Assembly: GCF_009914755.1 (NCBI RefSeq)
Contig: NC_060931.1
Reading direction: 5' to 3' (one strand)
DNA: 64,000 nucleotides
DNA from: the human T2T-CHM13v2.0 reference genome, Homo sapiens
In this document: piece after piece, positions 43,916-57,859 of the stretch
How the letters are laid out: every line of letters begins with the position of its first letter
How positions within the stretch are numbered: the first letter of the stretch is position 1
The notes under the pieces: generated by a model
The model's database searches: none
Seen by the model: the letters and a program-made list of their open reading frames with translations, nothing else
What the model was told of the DNA's origin: nothing
Translations under genes and position numbers: made by a program

Positions 43916-44839
43916 TAAAACTTCTTGAAAGAATTTTATTAGATCACACTGAAGAGAGCTGGTATAAACAAGCTCTCCATAAATGTTTGTTTATGAGTAA
44001 ACACATGAAAATAAAGAGAATAGAAAGACATATTGTAGTTTTGTCTACAAATTACACTATTGATGCTGTTTTAGAAACATTTTGGCATGAGTCGTTTGTT
44101 TGGATTATGGAGGGGACTTTACAATTCATGTTATGTGTTCTGCTCCTACAAAAGGCATCAGAATTTCATTTAAATTTTCTAATAACAATTTTAGTCAGCG
44201 TCAAATAATATTTTAAATTCAGTATATGTAAGATGTGATGGAACTGGAGGTGTTATTTAAAATATTTAAAAACTGATAAGACCTGAGCACTATCCAATCA
44301 AAACAGATGCTAGATGCTAACTAGAAACATTCATTTTGCTTGAATATTAGTTCTGGATTTAGTGGATCCACTCTCAAAAAGTACGATTTTATTATCTTTT
44401 GTGGAATCCCATAATTTCTGTTTTTAAATAATTCACCAAATGATTCTCCTGTTTATCCAGGATTGGAAGCTTGGTTTATAAGGATGGACTTTGTGATTCT
44501 TTATTTGAGATCTTCCCTGCCTCCTGCGTGTGCTAACGGGTACATATCAGCCCACTGAGTTTCAGCCAAGATTTTGTGTGGGAGCTACAAAGTCTTTCTC
44601 CTTCCCACAGAATTGTTTTCCTTCCCCACCCAGTGTGTTTGAGTATTGAAGTTTCATGGTGATGAAAGAAAATGTATTCCTTAAGTTTCTTAATTCACAC
44701 GAAATCAAGAAGTATGAAATACCCTGAAAAACTGATGTCAAAAGATAATCTAAATCAAATATTTTTGGAAACAAAAGCAGGGCATTATCCATATTGAATC
44801 ATTAAATTATCATTCAGTCAACAGATGTTAATTAAATGG

Positions 44840-45357
44840 CTATTATTCATATATGCAACAACTTGGATGAACCTCCAGGCAATTAGGCAGAGCAGAAGAA
44901 GCCAATCCCAAAAGGTTTCATGCTATGGAATTTCATATACAGTACATTTTGACAAGACTTTAGGAGATAAATGAATGGTTTCCAGGGGTTAGGGATGGGG
45001 ACTGAAGAAGGAGGTGAATATGACTATAAAAAGGGCAATATGAGAGATTTTTGTGATGCTGGAACTGTTCACTATCTTGACTGTGTTGGTATACACACAA
45101 ACCTACACAGGTGATTAATTTATATACAACTTAATACACACACACATATTCCCCCTTCCATAGGTATACAAGTACAACTCCAAAAATCTGAATAAGATCA
45201 GTGGATTGTATCAAATGTCAGTATCCTGATTGTGATATTGTACAATCATTTTGCAAAATGGTACCACTGGGGAAAACTTGCCAAGGGATCTCACTGTATT
45301 ATTCTTATATGACTGAGTGCAAATCTACAGTCTTCTCAAAAATTTTAATTAAAAATT
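44840..45357 (+). mobile_element. L1MC 3' end
   Basis: TGGATGAACCTCCAGG...GGTTTCCAGGGGTTAGGG...TATCTTGACTGTG...AAATCTACAG...AATTAAAAA. Confidence 0.8.
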
Positions 45358-45359
45358 CG

Positions 45360-45920
45360 AGGAGAATATGTTGGGAAGAAACAATATAAGGGGCAAAGTG
45401 GAAGACAGAATTGAAATGTCATTTCTGAGAGATGACGAGCACTAATAGATTAGAAAGTAAGAGAACACTGGGATCCAAGGTGGGCAAGGACATTGATTGC
45501 AACATTGGGAGCCGGAGCCATTGGAAGTCTTTGAGTAGGAGACTGTCACTATAAGACCAGATGCCTAATAATCCCAAAGGGGCTCTACACCTCTGAAATT
45601 GCATACCTTGAAGAAGAGTCATCAGAAGTGTGCACAACAGAGTGTGGTGGAGTCAGAGACCACTTCGGATGTTACTCTAGTAATAAAGATTTGATTTGAA
45701 AATGGGTCATATTCTGGAAGTGCCCACAGGAATAAAAAGTAAACAATTTTCATCAGAGCTACAAAGGAATGAGCAAGGCTTGGTATGGGGCTTGACTGAA
45801 TATGAAATTTAGACTTTGAATCTGGAGAACCACAATTCTAAAACAACAATTCTAACAAAAGTAGATTCAAAAGAGAAACTGAATGTTTCTAAGGTGGATT
45901 CCTCTTAGGTATGTTGAATG
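45360..45920 (-). mobile_element. L2 fragment
   Basis: GGAGCCATTGGAAGTCTTGAGTAGG...TTAGGTATGTTGAATGTGA antisense-L2 phrases. Confidence 0.5.
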
Positions 45921-47965
45921 TGATGGGTAAAAATTTCTCAGGCTTCAAGTTGAGACCCAAAAATGTAACTTAATTTTTCTATTATTCAACTTAATTTCTC
46001 TCAAGATGATGGCTAAAAATTCACTTTTAGTCCACTAACTGTAGACTGTCAACACAATGTCAACTGTCAACAAATGTCTTTTCAGTCAATTCAGATTTAT
46101 CCCTCTTCTTTGTTTTTCTGAATTATACCTAAATTCCTTGGTTATTGATTATCCATCCTATTATCTGCTGCTGATTTATTCTTCCTTGTCTTTTCTCTAA
46201 AGAACAGGACATGTTCAGATGTCCCTCCATCTGCATATAACATGTATATGCTCTTGCTGCTACACCCTTCTGTGTGCAAAGACCTCTGGGATCTTGCAAC
46301 TGCCCTGGGCCTCCCTTGGGAAAAAAAACTGAACAAGAATAAATAAAGGATCATAATCATGAGGAGATATGATTTTTCTTATTCACTTTCAGGTAATGGA
46401 AAGTTCTCTAGTTAGTAAATATCTCCTGGCCAGTGTAACTATCCCAATTTTAATCTCTACCGAAAGTTAAGAATTCTCAACTTTGTTAGTTCTCGTCTGT
46501 ATTTCTTTGCTTCTCCCCCATGTACCACACCATGATGTCTAATCCCACCAAGGTCAGAGCAAGCAGAAGAGGAAGAGAAAAAAAGGAACAGAGAAGGCCT
46601 TACCCGGTTAGTATTATTGAAAGCTGGCCTGGGCTCTCTTTGGAATTGAAATCTCATTTTTTTGGTCACAGTGTTGGGGGTGAGGTAGACTGTCATGGCT
46701 TCTTCAAATGCCCCACCCACAGCCCATCTTTAGGGAGCCTGTCTCCTACAGTTCCCTTTAGTGGGGCAGCCCATCTTTATTTTGGGTGCATTTTTTTTGT
46801 CTTCTTTGGCCCTAGGCATCCAATGATATCTCAAGCTTCTTTCTCTTACTGGCATGTGCATCTCTCTCAGAGGCCTTTGGGAAAAGGCCATAAGATTGTC
46901 CCAAGCCAGCTTCTTCTTGTTTTTAGCCAGTGAATGAGTAGGACAAGTATCAGCCTTCCATGCTCCTCCATCACCCTTAACGAGCTCTGGATATCTGGTT
47001 GTTCTCAACACAGTCATGTTTTGCTTTGCCACCAGGGAAACAAGCCCATCACAGTTTTGCCTTATATTTCTCAGAGTTTAATTTCCAGTCCCTGGGGCCT
47101 CCAAACAGAAGATATATATCAAGGTCTTTGAGGAATCTCCTAAGGCCCTCTTTACAGACTGAAGGTTAAAGGGAAAGCACCTTCATCTCTCCACACTTGG
47201 GGAGCAGGGAAAGATTCATGGCTTACTAACATTTCTCTCAATATTCAAATCATTTAAATTTTTTATACAAGTTTGATAAGGGTGAAGGATTGAAAGTCAT
47301 GTAATGATTCTTAGAACTCCTCCTTTATAATTCCTAGGTCATAACCTCGCATTTCACTTTGAAATATGGTATCTATTGAATTAGTGTCTCAGCTGACACT
47401 GAGACTATTTGATACCTTGTTGCATAAGGTACAAGTTCTCTCTGCTCTAGATTTCCCAACTTATTGAAGGTTCTCTTGTTCACATTTTTTTCTAGTATAG
47501 GTGGAAATCCTAAGCACCTTCCAAAGTCATTGACAATATCTATAAAATGAAGGATTGGAGAGAAGGGATAACATAGAATCTTCCAGCAGGCTAAGCTAAA
47601 GGTGGCATCAACTTCAGGGAGGAACCTCTCACCATTATAACTGTCCTAAGCAGACCAGATATTGATCAGACACTAGGAAACAATAAAAAGTAAAACAGAT
47701 TCCCTATTGATTTTTTTTAGGACATTTTTCAGGCATGAGCTCTCCTTCCATTTCCTCTCTGAAGCATTTCCCCTCTGTGGTGTGTGTAGTCAGTGTGAAC
47801 AGTACACAACTTATAAACAGCTTCTTTTAAAAAAATCAATGATGCCAGCAATTGGCATACACAGATTAGCATAAGGTTATATAAATATAACATACAAAAT
47901 TGTATTATACTTCATATTTTGGATTAATTTTAATTATTTACATCAGAGTTATAACATTTTGGGAA

Positions 47966-49067
47966 TGTTGTGGGAAGTTAGGAACCCCAAATGGAGGGAC
48001 CAGCTGAAGCCATGGGAGAAGAACATGGATTGTGAAGATTTTGTGGACATTTATTAGTTCCCCAAATTAATACTTTTATAATTTCTTATGCCCATCTTTA
48101 CTGCAATCTCTGAGCGTAAATTGTAAAGATTTCATGGACACTTATCACTTCCCCAATCAATACCCTTGTGATTTCCTATGCCTGTCTTTACTTTAATCTC
48201 TTAGTCCTGTCATCTCATAAACTGAGGAGGATGTATGTGGCCTCAGGACCCTGTGTTGATTGCGTTAACTGCACAAATTGTTTGTAAAGCATGTGTGTTT
48301 GAACAATATGAAATCTAGGCACCTTGAAAAAAGAACAGGTTAACAGCAATGTTCAGGCAACAAGACAGATAACCTTAAACTCTGACCGCCAGTGAACAGA
48401 GCCATATTTCTCTTCTTTCAAAAGCAAATGGGAGAAATATCGCTGAATTCTTTTTCTCAGCAAGGAACATCCCTGAGAAAGAGAATGCATCCCTGAGGGT
48501 AGGCCTCTGAAATGGCTGCTTCAGAGGGCGGCTGTCTTTTATGGTTGAGCTGTAGGGATGAAATAAGCCCCAGTCTCCCATAGCGCTCCCAGGCTTATTA
48601 GGATGAGGAAATTCCTGCCTAATAAATTTTGGTCAGACTGGTTATCTGCTCTCAAACCCTGTCTCCTGATAAGATGTTACCAATGACAATGCGTGCCTGA
48701 AACTTCATTAGCAATTTTAATTTCGCCCCAGTCCTGTGGTCCTGTGATCTTGCCCTGCCTCCATTTGCCTTGTGATATCTTATTACCTTGTGAAGCACGT
48801 GATCTGTGTGACCCACATCCTATTCGTACACTCCCTCCCCTTCTGAAAATCACTAATAAAAACTTGCTAGTTTTGCAGCTTGTGGGGCATCACGGAACCT
48901 GCTGACATGTGATGTCTCTCCTGGACACCCAGCTTTAAAATTTATCTCTTTTGTACTCTGTCTCTTTATCTCTCAGACCAGCCGACACGTAGGGAATATA
49001 GAAAAGAACCTACGTGAAATATCGGGGGTGAATTTCGCCCGATATCTGGCTGAAATTTCCCCCAATA
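47966..49067 (+). mobile_element. MER11 solo LTR (HERV-K11/HML-8), 1102 bp
   Basis: Starts TGTTGTGGGAAGTTAGGAACCCC...GCTGAAGCCATGG and ends GAAATTTCCCCCAATA. Flanked by GGGAA at 47961-47965 and 49068-49072. Confidence 0.94.
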
Positions 49068-52000
49068 GGGAAGGAGGGGATCAAAATGTCACTTAATTTA
49101 GTGTCCTGCACAACATCTAACTGCACTTCTGACTTGGCTTTTTAGCCTTTTCTTGGGCACTATCACTGCAGAAGCAATCATCATCTCCCTGGGCACCAAA
49201 CCATATAGTGGAAACAGGGAACTCAATCACCAGGTGGGTGATTATATTGGCTGACTTTTTGGGGTGCTCTATAGTCCTGGAATCCACTTTCATATATTTT
49301 GTATTTCCTATAGGTATTTTGCTAATTGAAAGGTTATCTGGTATCTGTTGGCCTCATTTTGTACATTGCTAAGGATGGCATTCTATTGTGTTACTGCTCC
49401 CATAGAAAATTTGACTAAAATTTTTCCACCTATATAGCTCTGGAGCTATGAGATATTTAATAACAAACTTCATCTCTGTACCATCATCCCAACAGAAGCT
49501 TTTTGCGTTAATGGAAAACATTGAAGCATAGATATGTCACCTTCAAATGTCTGCATACATTCTCAGATTGCAGTTTTGACCTTTCATCATAAAAATTTTT
49601 AAGTTTGTAGTAAGCAAATCTGTTCTTGTGTCTGCTTCAGACATTTCTTAAGGCAAGAAATATATTTTTCTTTTAATCTGATATAAACCAAACTCCAGGA
49701 CAACTTTTAGATCACAGAGAGAGAGACCAGAAGAAAGTGACCAGTGTGATGAGGGGGTCGACTGAGGACTTGAGAAATGTGTTCTTGGTTATTCCTTTCC
49801 TCAGGGAATAAAGAATCTCAACATATCGATTCTTGGTTATTAGCCATATCAGCATTTTCTCAAATGTGTTCTATAGAATCCAGTTATTCCTCAACTTAAT
49901 TATGAAAAAAGTATCCTGTGATCAATTACTTTATAAAAACACATATACTATATCTTTTTACAGAAGCATAATGTCATTAGCATTTTAAAAACATAAAGAA
50001 ATCTCTTTAATCCAGTGGTTAATCATGGAACCTCCCTTTCCCTAATAATTGTTAATAAAACATAGAATACCATACAGGCCACTGGCCTGTATCTTTTAAA
50101 TATATATAAATTGCAATGACTAGATTAAATAGGATACATGAAATGTAACCTAAGTACCAAAAAAAGTGGATTGTTTAATATACCATTTCACTAGTATATT
50201 GTAAAATAACATTTACTTTATCAAAGCTGCGGTTGACTTGAACTGAGTTTATACTGTACTACAATATTTAAGTTTTTAAATTTTTTTACAAGTTTATTGT
50301 GTGGTTCATGTTAAATATTTGTAAAAATATAAGCAGAAAATGTGACCCTCATTCCTGTCCCATTCCATTCTCTTTAATTCAGTTGGTCCTTTGTCTCAGC
50401 CATTGACATAGACATTAAATCAAGGATGAAAAACACATTTGTGGTAGAGTAATTTAATTATAAAACCTCTTTCATTTAATTTTTTGTAGCCACATAATAT
50501 AGTGCCATAAAACATTTGAATATACTTTTCTTATTAAACAGAAAATTATGTCCCAGAATATTATCGTAGTTCACATTTTATACTTTGCAATCACTTTCAT
50601 AAAAGTCAGACTTCCAGACTTAATTTGAGGAAATAGTAGAAATAATAATATGGGTTTATTGATAAACTGGTTCTTCAATTTTTAGAATGTTACCAGACAG
50701 AAAACTCCAATTAACCCTAAATGCTATCTAAGAGCCACACACTATTAAAGCTAAAACAGAACCGACATTCATCATGTGAAAAGTGACACGGAAAATACAA
50801 TATAAAACCAGAAGGTGAAAACACATTTGAATAAGTTTTAAAAAACTTAGAATAAGATTCAAAATAATTAATTTAATATCTTTGCCACATACTGCTATAA
50901 CTAGCAAAAGGATGAAATGGGCAGGAAGTTTTTTATATTTAAGTACTTTAAATAGTGTACATAAATATAGGGATAGCATTCTGAAAATATTAGCAAATTT
51001 TCTCAACATTGAGGACACTTTTAAAATTCCTAAGCATTTGAATGTATGTAACTTTGCTTTTTAGTGAAGAAATTATATTCTATTGCTAATTACCAGAAAA
51101 TCAAAATTTCCCCAAATTTTCAAATTCTTTAATAATAAAATAAACATTTTGTTGTTTCATTAGTACTAGTTCAACTTTTTAAAGCTTTTAATCAGCATGA
51201 ATTTATAAAAATATTTTTATAAGTAAAATAAAGTTTTAAAAGAGGTTAATTTGATAGGCTCTATTTTAACACTATTTTCCAGCTTAGATGTCTATATTTT
51301 TAAAAATATGAACATTTTATGGTGTAAAAAATCAAGTTATTGTGCACCCATAACTATTTAAAGGTATGTATTTTTGGTATCAATAGAGGTTGGTTTTTAT
51401 TAAATAGGTAAGCTTCTAATTTTAAATCATGATGCTCATAGCCTCAAATATAGAAATGTGTTACATGCCCATTAAATAAAAATCTATTATTGTGATCCAA
51501 AATAAATATACATAAATAATGGGTTTAATATACACTTGGCTCACAATATAGGAAGTATCTATTTCCTTGTTCTGTAATAACCAAGGTAATATTGTCATTA
51601 ACACAATTATATTTTCAATCTGCATAGACGAATTTTATTTAAAAGATATTCTTTGTTGGGAACTGCTGAGTAGGAATATAAACAAAATTACTTTGCAGGA
51701 GAACAGAGAAAAGAAAAACTTAATGGCAAAATAGAAAATTGAGAAAAATGGGGAAAAAATGGCTAGGATTAAGGAAATTCTATTTTCAGATCATATGCAT
51801 CTGATACGGAAAAGACTGTGGTAAACAGAAAGGGAATTGTTAGGTTTGGAAACAGCAGTTATTGTTCAAAAGGTTAGCTATAAATAGCAGCAGCCAGTAT
51901 GCAGAGATAATATACAAATTACACATTAGCCTATTCATTCACAATTAAGCACGCACGAAGTGAGAGGGAAATTGCTTTTAAATGACAAATGTCTTCAAAT

Positions 52001-52469
52001 ATTAGAAAAATGCATTTAACTGATGGAAAAAAATTCCTACTCAATTTCTGTGCTGCTGAATATCTGATATTTCATATCTGGAAAATAGGCTTTATGGGAA
52101 ACAAAAAGGTACATCTATTTTGGTGACAGAGGAGAGAGGAAGAATTAGAGATATGAAGAAAGGGAGCCAATTTGTAACTTTTACTCTTTCCTTTATAATG
52201 ATAAAAAATAAAGAGAGAGAAAGGAATTTCCAGAATATCTTCTTGGAATAATAAAACAAAATGTCAAATTTTCCCAAGTTCTTCATGCTGCTCTCCGAAA
52301 AACAATTTCTTTACTGCAATACCCTATCTGGAAATAGTGTCCTCGAAAACATGCAATTCTCCAAAAACACTTCTTAAGGTTTTTCAAAATTCTTATTGCA
52401 TCTTTAAGCTTGCTCTGTGTTGCGCCTGAATTGTTAATTGACTAACTAGACGGAGGGCCCAAACTATGT

Positions 52470-52635
52470 CAGCTGTTCTCAATCCTGGCTGCATATTGGA
52501 ATCACCTGCAGAGGCTTTAGAACCTGTTGGATCCCGCCTCCAGAGATTCTGACTTGACTTGATTAGCTGAAGGCCCAGGCACTGGGAGTTTTATAAAGGT
52601 CCCCAGGTGACTGTATTGTAAGTTGCTAGGGGCTG
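52470..52635. mobile_element. MER5 (hAT-Charlie) DNA transposon
   Basis: CAGCTGTTCTCAATCCTGGCTGCATATTGGAATCACCTG...CCAGAGATTCTGAC...CCCCAGGTGA. Confidence 0.8.
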
Positions 52636-53309
52636 ACGTTTAAAGGCCTAACATGTGGTGGGGGTTGGGGGGTGGCGGGAGGAAGGTGACGAGAGAAAGC
52701 GCTTGCTGTTAAATGAATCGGTGAATCTCTAACTGATGGAATAAAGGTAGGGGAAATAATTTTGAGTGTAGGAAACATATGATAGGGGTCAATGAAAGAA
52801 GAAACTTCTTTCCAGAACTGCCCATCTCCGTCCTCCCTCTGCACAGCTGGGCCTGAGCTGCACCCTTAAACCATCTGTGCTTGCTGGCCTGGAATCTAGA
52901 AAGCGCGGTGCCTACCTGCAATGGAGGTGAGAAATATCTTTGCTGTGGGGAAGTGGGAGGAAGCCCTATTCACATGCTTCCATTTTTAAGTTCCATGGCT
53001 TTTAACATTATGCTTTTGTGAATGTTTTAAGTACTTACAGTGATTACTTTTTGGGGATTCTCTCCCTTTTATAATCAGAGCTGTACCTTTGGTGAGTGGT
53101 TTCAAGTGACATTTGGGTGACTATCACCATTAATTGCTTTCTGAGTATCTAATATGAAAGCTTGTTAGGCTAGAGCAGGGATAGCTAAAGTAGACTTCTG
53201 GCCCTACAACAGAATTACATAAATAGAAATTCTGAGGTGGCTGCTTAGTAATTTTTTTTTTTAAATGCCCCCCAGGAATCCTAACCTTGAAATGAGATAG
53301 TTCTTCTTA

Positions 53310-53775
53310 CAATATAAAAAATTCAGAAATTATAAAAGATAAACTATTCGAGTTTTTGTTCATGTAAGGATCAGGAATTTCTACCCATAAGCAAAGACAA
53401 ATGAAAAATGGAAAAAATATAAATAGAAAGCCAAAATCCAATGGCAAAATGAATCAATGATATGAACAGGCGGTTTATATTAAATGACATACATACCAAA
53501 TGGTTTCTAAACATGTGAAAATATGTTAAACTTTGCTCATAATGAGATCATTGTAAATTTAAAACATACTGAAATACCACTTATCAAAATGTCAAAAATT
53601 CCAGCCTGATAACGTGCTGCGTTGGCTAGACTGAAGGCAAACAGGCATTTCTTATACTTTGTTGCTGGGAGTGTAAATTAGTGCAATTCTTACAGAGAAT
53701 AACATGGTGCTATCAATTAATACTATAAATGCATATGTTCTTAGACCTAGCAAATCCTCCTTCTAAGGATTTTTC
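53310..53775 (+). mobile_element. Old L1 (L1ME-type) fragment
   Basis: Degenerate ORF2-end text (AAACATGTGAAAATATG...TGGGAGTGTAAATTAGTGC...GACCTAGCAAATCC). Confidence 0.65.
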
Positions 53776-54374
53776 TGTTATTTCGGAAAATTTTAGATTT
53801 TCTTTCATATTTTGAAATTTCATAATACTATGTCTGGCTGTGAGGTTTTCCTTATCTTTCCTATGTCCCCTTAAGGCCTTGCAGTCTTAAGTCTTTCAAC
53901 AAAACTTATCCTCATTATTTCTCAAATAGTCTCTTCTTGCCTTATTCCTTTTCTTTTTCATTGTAACTTCTATTATCTCAGTTTTGGCACTTCTACAGCT
54001 GTACTCCATATTTCCTAGCTTTCTTTTTCTATTTTCTGCTGAATTCAAGTAATTTAAAAGTTGTTATCCAACCAATCTTACTATTGTTATATCTGTACTG
54101 TACCTCTCAACCCAAGCGCCTTGTTTTCCCCAAAAGTTTGTCACAGGTTTTTGTTAGATTCTTAGATCCACGTTTTCCTCTTTTTTTTTTTTTTTTTTTT
54201 TTCCTGCTTTGTTTCTGTTTGTTGTTTCACCATAGCTGTTTTGGGAAAAAGGAATTAGTAGCTTGGACTAGTTCAATATCTAGTCAGGGTCCCAGATGAT
54301 TCTTAAGTATAGTACACTAAAATGCAAGAACCTCTGTTTTAAAGTTTGAACTAATGCATGAATTATATTTTCAT

Positions 54375-54545
54375 AGACGATTAGATCTGGCTTCAGATTC
54401 CAGCTCTGTCTTATATTAACTGTGTTTGACTTACCATAATTATTTAACCTTTCTAAGCTACATTCTTCAACAATCAAATTAAAATAATATTTACCTTACC
54501 TGCCTCACCTACCATGAGGATAAACAACAAATTCTGTAAGGCATA
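54375..54545 (+). mobile_element. MIR
   Basis: TTCAGATTCCAGCTCTG...TTATTTAACCTTTCTAAGC. Confidence 0.6.
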
Positions 54546-57179
54546 AATAAAGTAAGTTTGGTGGCGGCCATTTGGAAACTAAAACTTAGAAGAGCAGAAT
54601 AGTAAAAACTTTAACTATACTCCCATAAAGGCATCCTGATGATCTGGAAGTTTCGTGTGCTTTTCTGCTGATCAGTCCCACTCGTGGATTGTTAAAATGA
54701 GTAAAATGAATGAGTCAGCCATTCAGTGTAGTGCTCATCATTCACAGATAAGCAGCTAGGCTAGAGCACTGGTAAGACCATAAATAATCATATATTCTGT
54801 CAAGTTTCTCCTTATACTCCAAAGCAATCGCATAGCATCGTGTATAGATGATGAATGAGGCTGAAATGATTGGGTGAGCTGTGCAGTGGTATTGTATGGT
54901 GACTGTAGAAATGACCACTCAAATGTCCATTTCTTAACTAGCCAGATATACAGCCAATGCATTTCAGACAGATTGCTTTTGACAAGCCAGTAATCAAATC
55001 TATGTTTGGGACCAAGAAGCTAAATGGCAGAAAATGCAATGTCATTAACGTCTTTTAGAGAAATACCATAGTGTGTGTCAAGTATATGGAAAGCGCATGA
55101 ACTGATAAGTATGTGCTCATCTTGGGGGAAAAGCCTCCAGGCTATGTCCCAGAAGACCTCACCTAACCACTTGATGGCCACTGTTCCTTTGATCATTTCT
55201 GAAGGCTAGATCTGTTTCTCAGTCTTGCAGCTCACAAACTTGACATTTTCTTTTTCCTTTTACTTTGTTCTTTTGTTTAGCACTCCTGCCCACATCTCAG
55301 GGGCAAACTTATATAAAACTTCAAAACTGATGTATAAACCTTGAATATTAATTTGTTAATTTGTGGGAAGAGATTATAGTGTATATTGGCAGCACATTCT
55401 TTTCTTGCAGGAAGAACTACATGGAAAGCTAAATAATAATTACAAGACTGCTTAGTAAATATAGAATCACAGAAAAGAAAGCTAGCTAGGAGAATAGGAG
55501 TCAGGTAGTCTAATGCATTTAGCTACACAGTAGATATTGTCTTGAGAATGAACCCAGAATGCCTGGAGTCCTTTGGCTATGGCCACCTCCACTGGACAAT
55601 TGTTAGATAGACACTGCCAATGTTCAACTCAGTGCCTTTCTGACTTTTCTTTGAAAGAAAGCCTCAAGGGCTGATATGGTTTAAAGTGGATCTCTTAGGA
55701 ATCCAATGATAGTATTTCTGGGTGGATCAGAAGGCCAAGATATAATCTCAGAGGGAAGGAAAGAAAAATAAATTGGCTGATGAACAATTGCTTCACTTAC
55801 CAAAATTAATAAATGAAATAAAAAATTATTTTAGGTGAGCAATCAAACATTTATAATATGTCAGTCACTGTGTGCTAAGTGTTCCAGATATAGAGTATTT
55901 AAGATAAATATTAACCTTAAAGAGCTTACAGTCTAAGTGGGGAATAAATCACTTCAACAATGTACTCAATAGAGCTGAACAGAAATTGAATAGCAGTAGT
56001 CCACAGTAAGAAGAATATTCTTACTGCTTTTTTATCTACTTAATCCAAAATTCTCTCCTCTCTCAAGGAAACCAAGTTTGGGTTCCTATGCAATCTTTTG
56101 ACTTTATCTTCTGCTAGTTTTCAAGTTTCCTAATATAGGAAAGAATGCAGACAATACTGGGTACAAGCATTAGCTGTGTCTGTAGTAATAATAAACCAGG
56201 GTCTTCACAGAACATGAAGTCCAGCCTGGCTGGTGCTCTACCTCCTCCACACTCCTTTTTTAGCTTAATCTATGTTCCAGTGGATGCATGCCTTCCCAGG
56301 AAATGATGCTCTGTGCCTCATCACCTGACTCTAAACTTCCGTTTTAGGATCTAAATAGCTGAGTATGTATAAATTTGATCTGGAAAGAATCAGAAAAATA
56401 TATTTCCACGGAAAAAAAATATCAAAATTGTTTTTTATTAGAGAAAAGCTCACAGTACTGCTAGACTGGCTCAATGTGATTCAATTATTTATTTTGTGGA
56501 CAGCAGGGGCAGAGTTGCTCCCCCTCAACCTTTTCTCCACTTTGTGGGAATATTGCTAAGAAGGCACAGCCATGATGTGCTGCCTCGGAAAACTGCCCAG
56601 TGGACTGACGTCATGGGAATTTGCTGAGCCTGTTTCATGGAGGTCATCTAATTCTCAGCATAAGGGTTTTGAGCAGGAAACCCTCTATGTTTCTTTGCTA
56701 ATGAACCCAAAATCACCAGCCCAAAAAATCGACACTGCATTTCATTAACACAGCTTTCCCAGAAAATAGCCTGATGCCAGGCAACCACTAGTATTGCTTT
56801 TATAATCTAAGCTGGCTCATATAGACCCTGTGAAGTTCTGTCCCAAGTGTGTTACTTTATCAATCTGGACCACAGAGCCTTTGACTCGTAGTTTCAAGCA
56901 GTTTTTAAATTCTTCCTTAGCAAAATGTTGCTGTTTCTATATCAATAGTATATCATCTCTAAAGCCCTGGGAAAGAAAATAGAATTCTCACCCTATGAGA
57001 AATAGCCAAACATGTAATTTAGGTAGAGTAAAAATTGTGACATTGTGAAAAGGGTCTTAGTCATAAACTTAAAATATATTATTAGTTTGTAATTACTACT
57101 GCTGTATTATTAGTAGTATAATGTGAATATATTTAGAATGATAACTCCATTTTTTTCTGTAGAAAGGTTGACTCTAATA

Positions 57180-57395
57180 ACTATAGCTAATATTCACTTA
57201 TCAATAAATATTTACCACTCAATACTTTAATGCTTTATATATATTAACTCATTACTTCCTGACTTTTTATAAATGAGGAAACTGAAGAACAGGTGTTCAG
57301 TACTTGCCCAGATCACACAGACAGCAGCTGGTTGAGCTGGGATTTGAACCCAGACAATCTGCTGGAGGTAGATTGTATACTTTTAATCTCTGTTA
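57180..57395 (-). mobile_element. MIR
   Basis: AAATGAGGAAACTGAAG...ACTTGCCCAGATCACACAG...GAGCTGGGATTTGAACCCAG. Confidence 0.85.
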
Positions 57396-57506
57396 TAACA
57401 TTATAGTACTGAATCAAATTTCAGCATACACAGGTTGTATTACAAAATGGAAGCAGTAAGTTATTATTGAATAAGTATAAATAAGTTAAAGCATTGATGA
57501 GATCAG

Positions 57507-57836
57507 ATTTATTTTTATTTATTTTTTGTTTTATTTATTTATTTATTTATTTTTTGGCAGAGTTTTGCTCTGTCATCCAGGTTGGAATGCAGTAGCACCT
57601 TCTTAGCTCACTACAGCCTTGAACTCCTGGGCTCAAAAGTTCCTTCTGCCTCAGCCTCCCAGAGTATCTGGGAGGGCAGGCATGTGCCACCATACCTGGC
57701 TATTTTTTAAATGTTTTTTAGAAACAAGGTCTCACTATGTTGTCCCAGCTGGTGTCAAGCTCCTGGGCTCAAGCAGTCCTCTCGCCTTGGCTCCCCAAAG
57801 TGCTGGGATTTCAGGCATGAGCCACTGCACCAAGCC
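57507..57836 (-). mobile_element. AluJ with (TTTA)n tail
   Basis: J-type ACTCCTGGGCTCAA in both arms. Confidence 0.92.
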
Positions 57837-57859
57837 AAAATTTTCTTTCACGTGCTTTT

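Noticed and set aside
46045-46078. Imperfect 18-bp tandem duplication with TGTCAAC motifs
   Set aside because: It is an ordinary micro-duplication with no support for function.
46457-47131. Overlapping 65-137 aa ORFs on both strands
   Set aside because: I see no recognisable domain or exon structure, consistent with chance.
54711-54751. AP-1 site TGAGTCA plus AGATAA (AP-1 also at 7439)
   Set aside because: Isolated 6-7 bp motifs are expected by chance in 64 kb.
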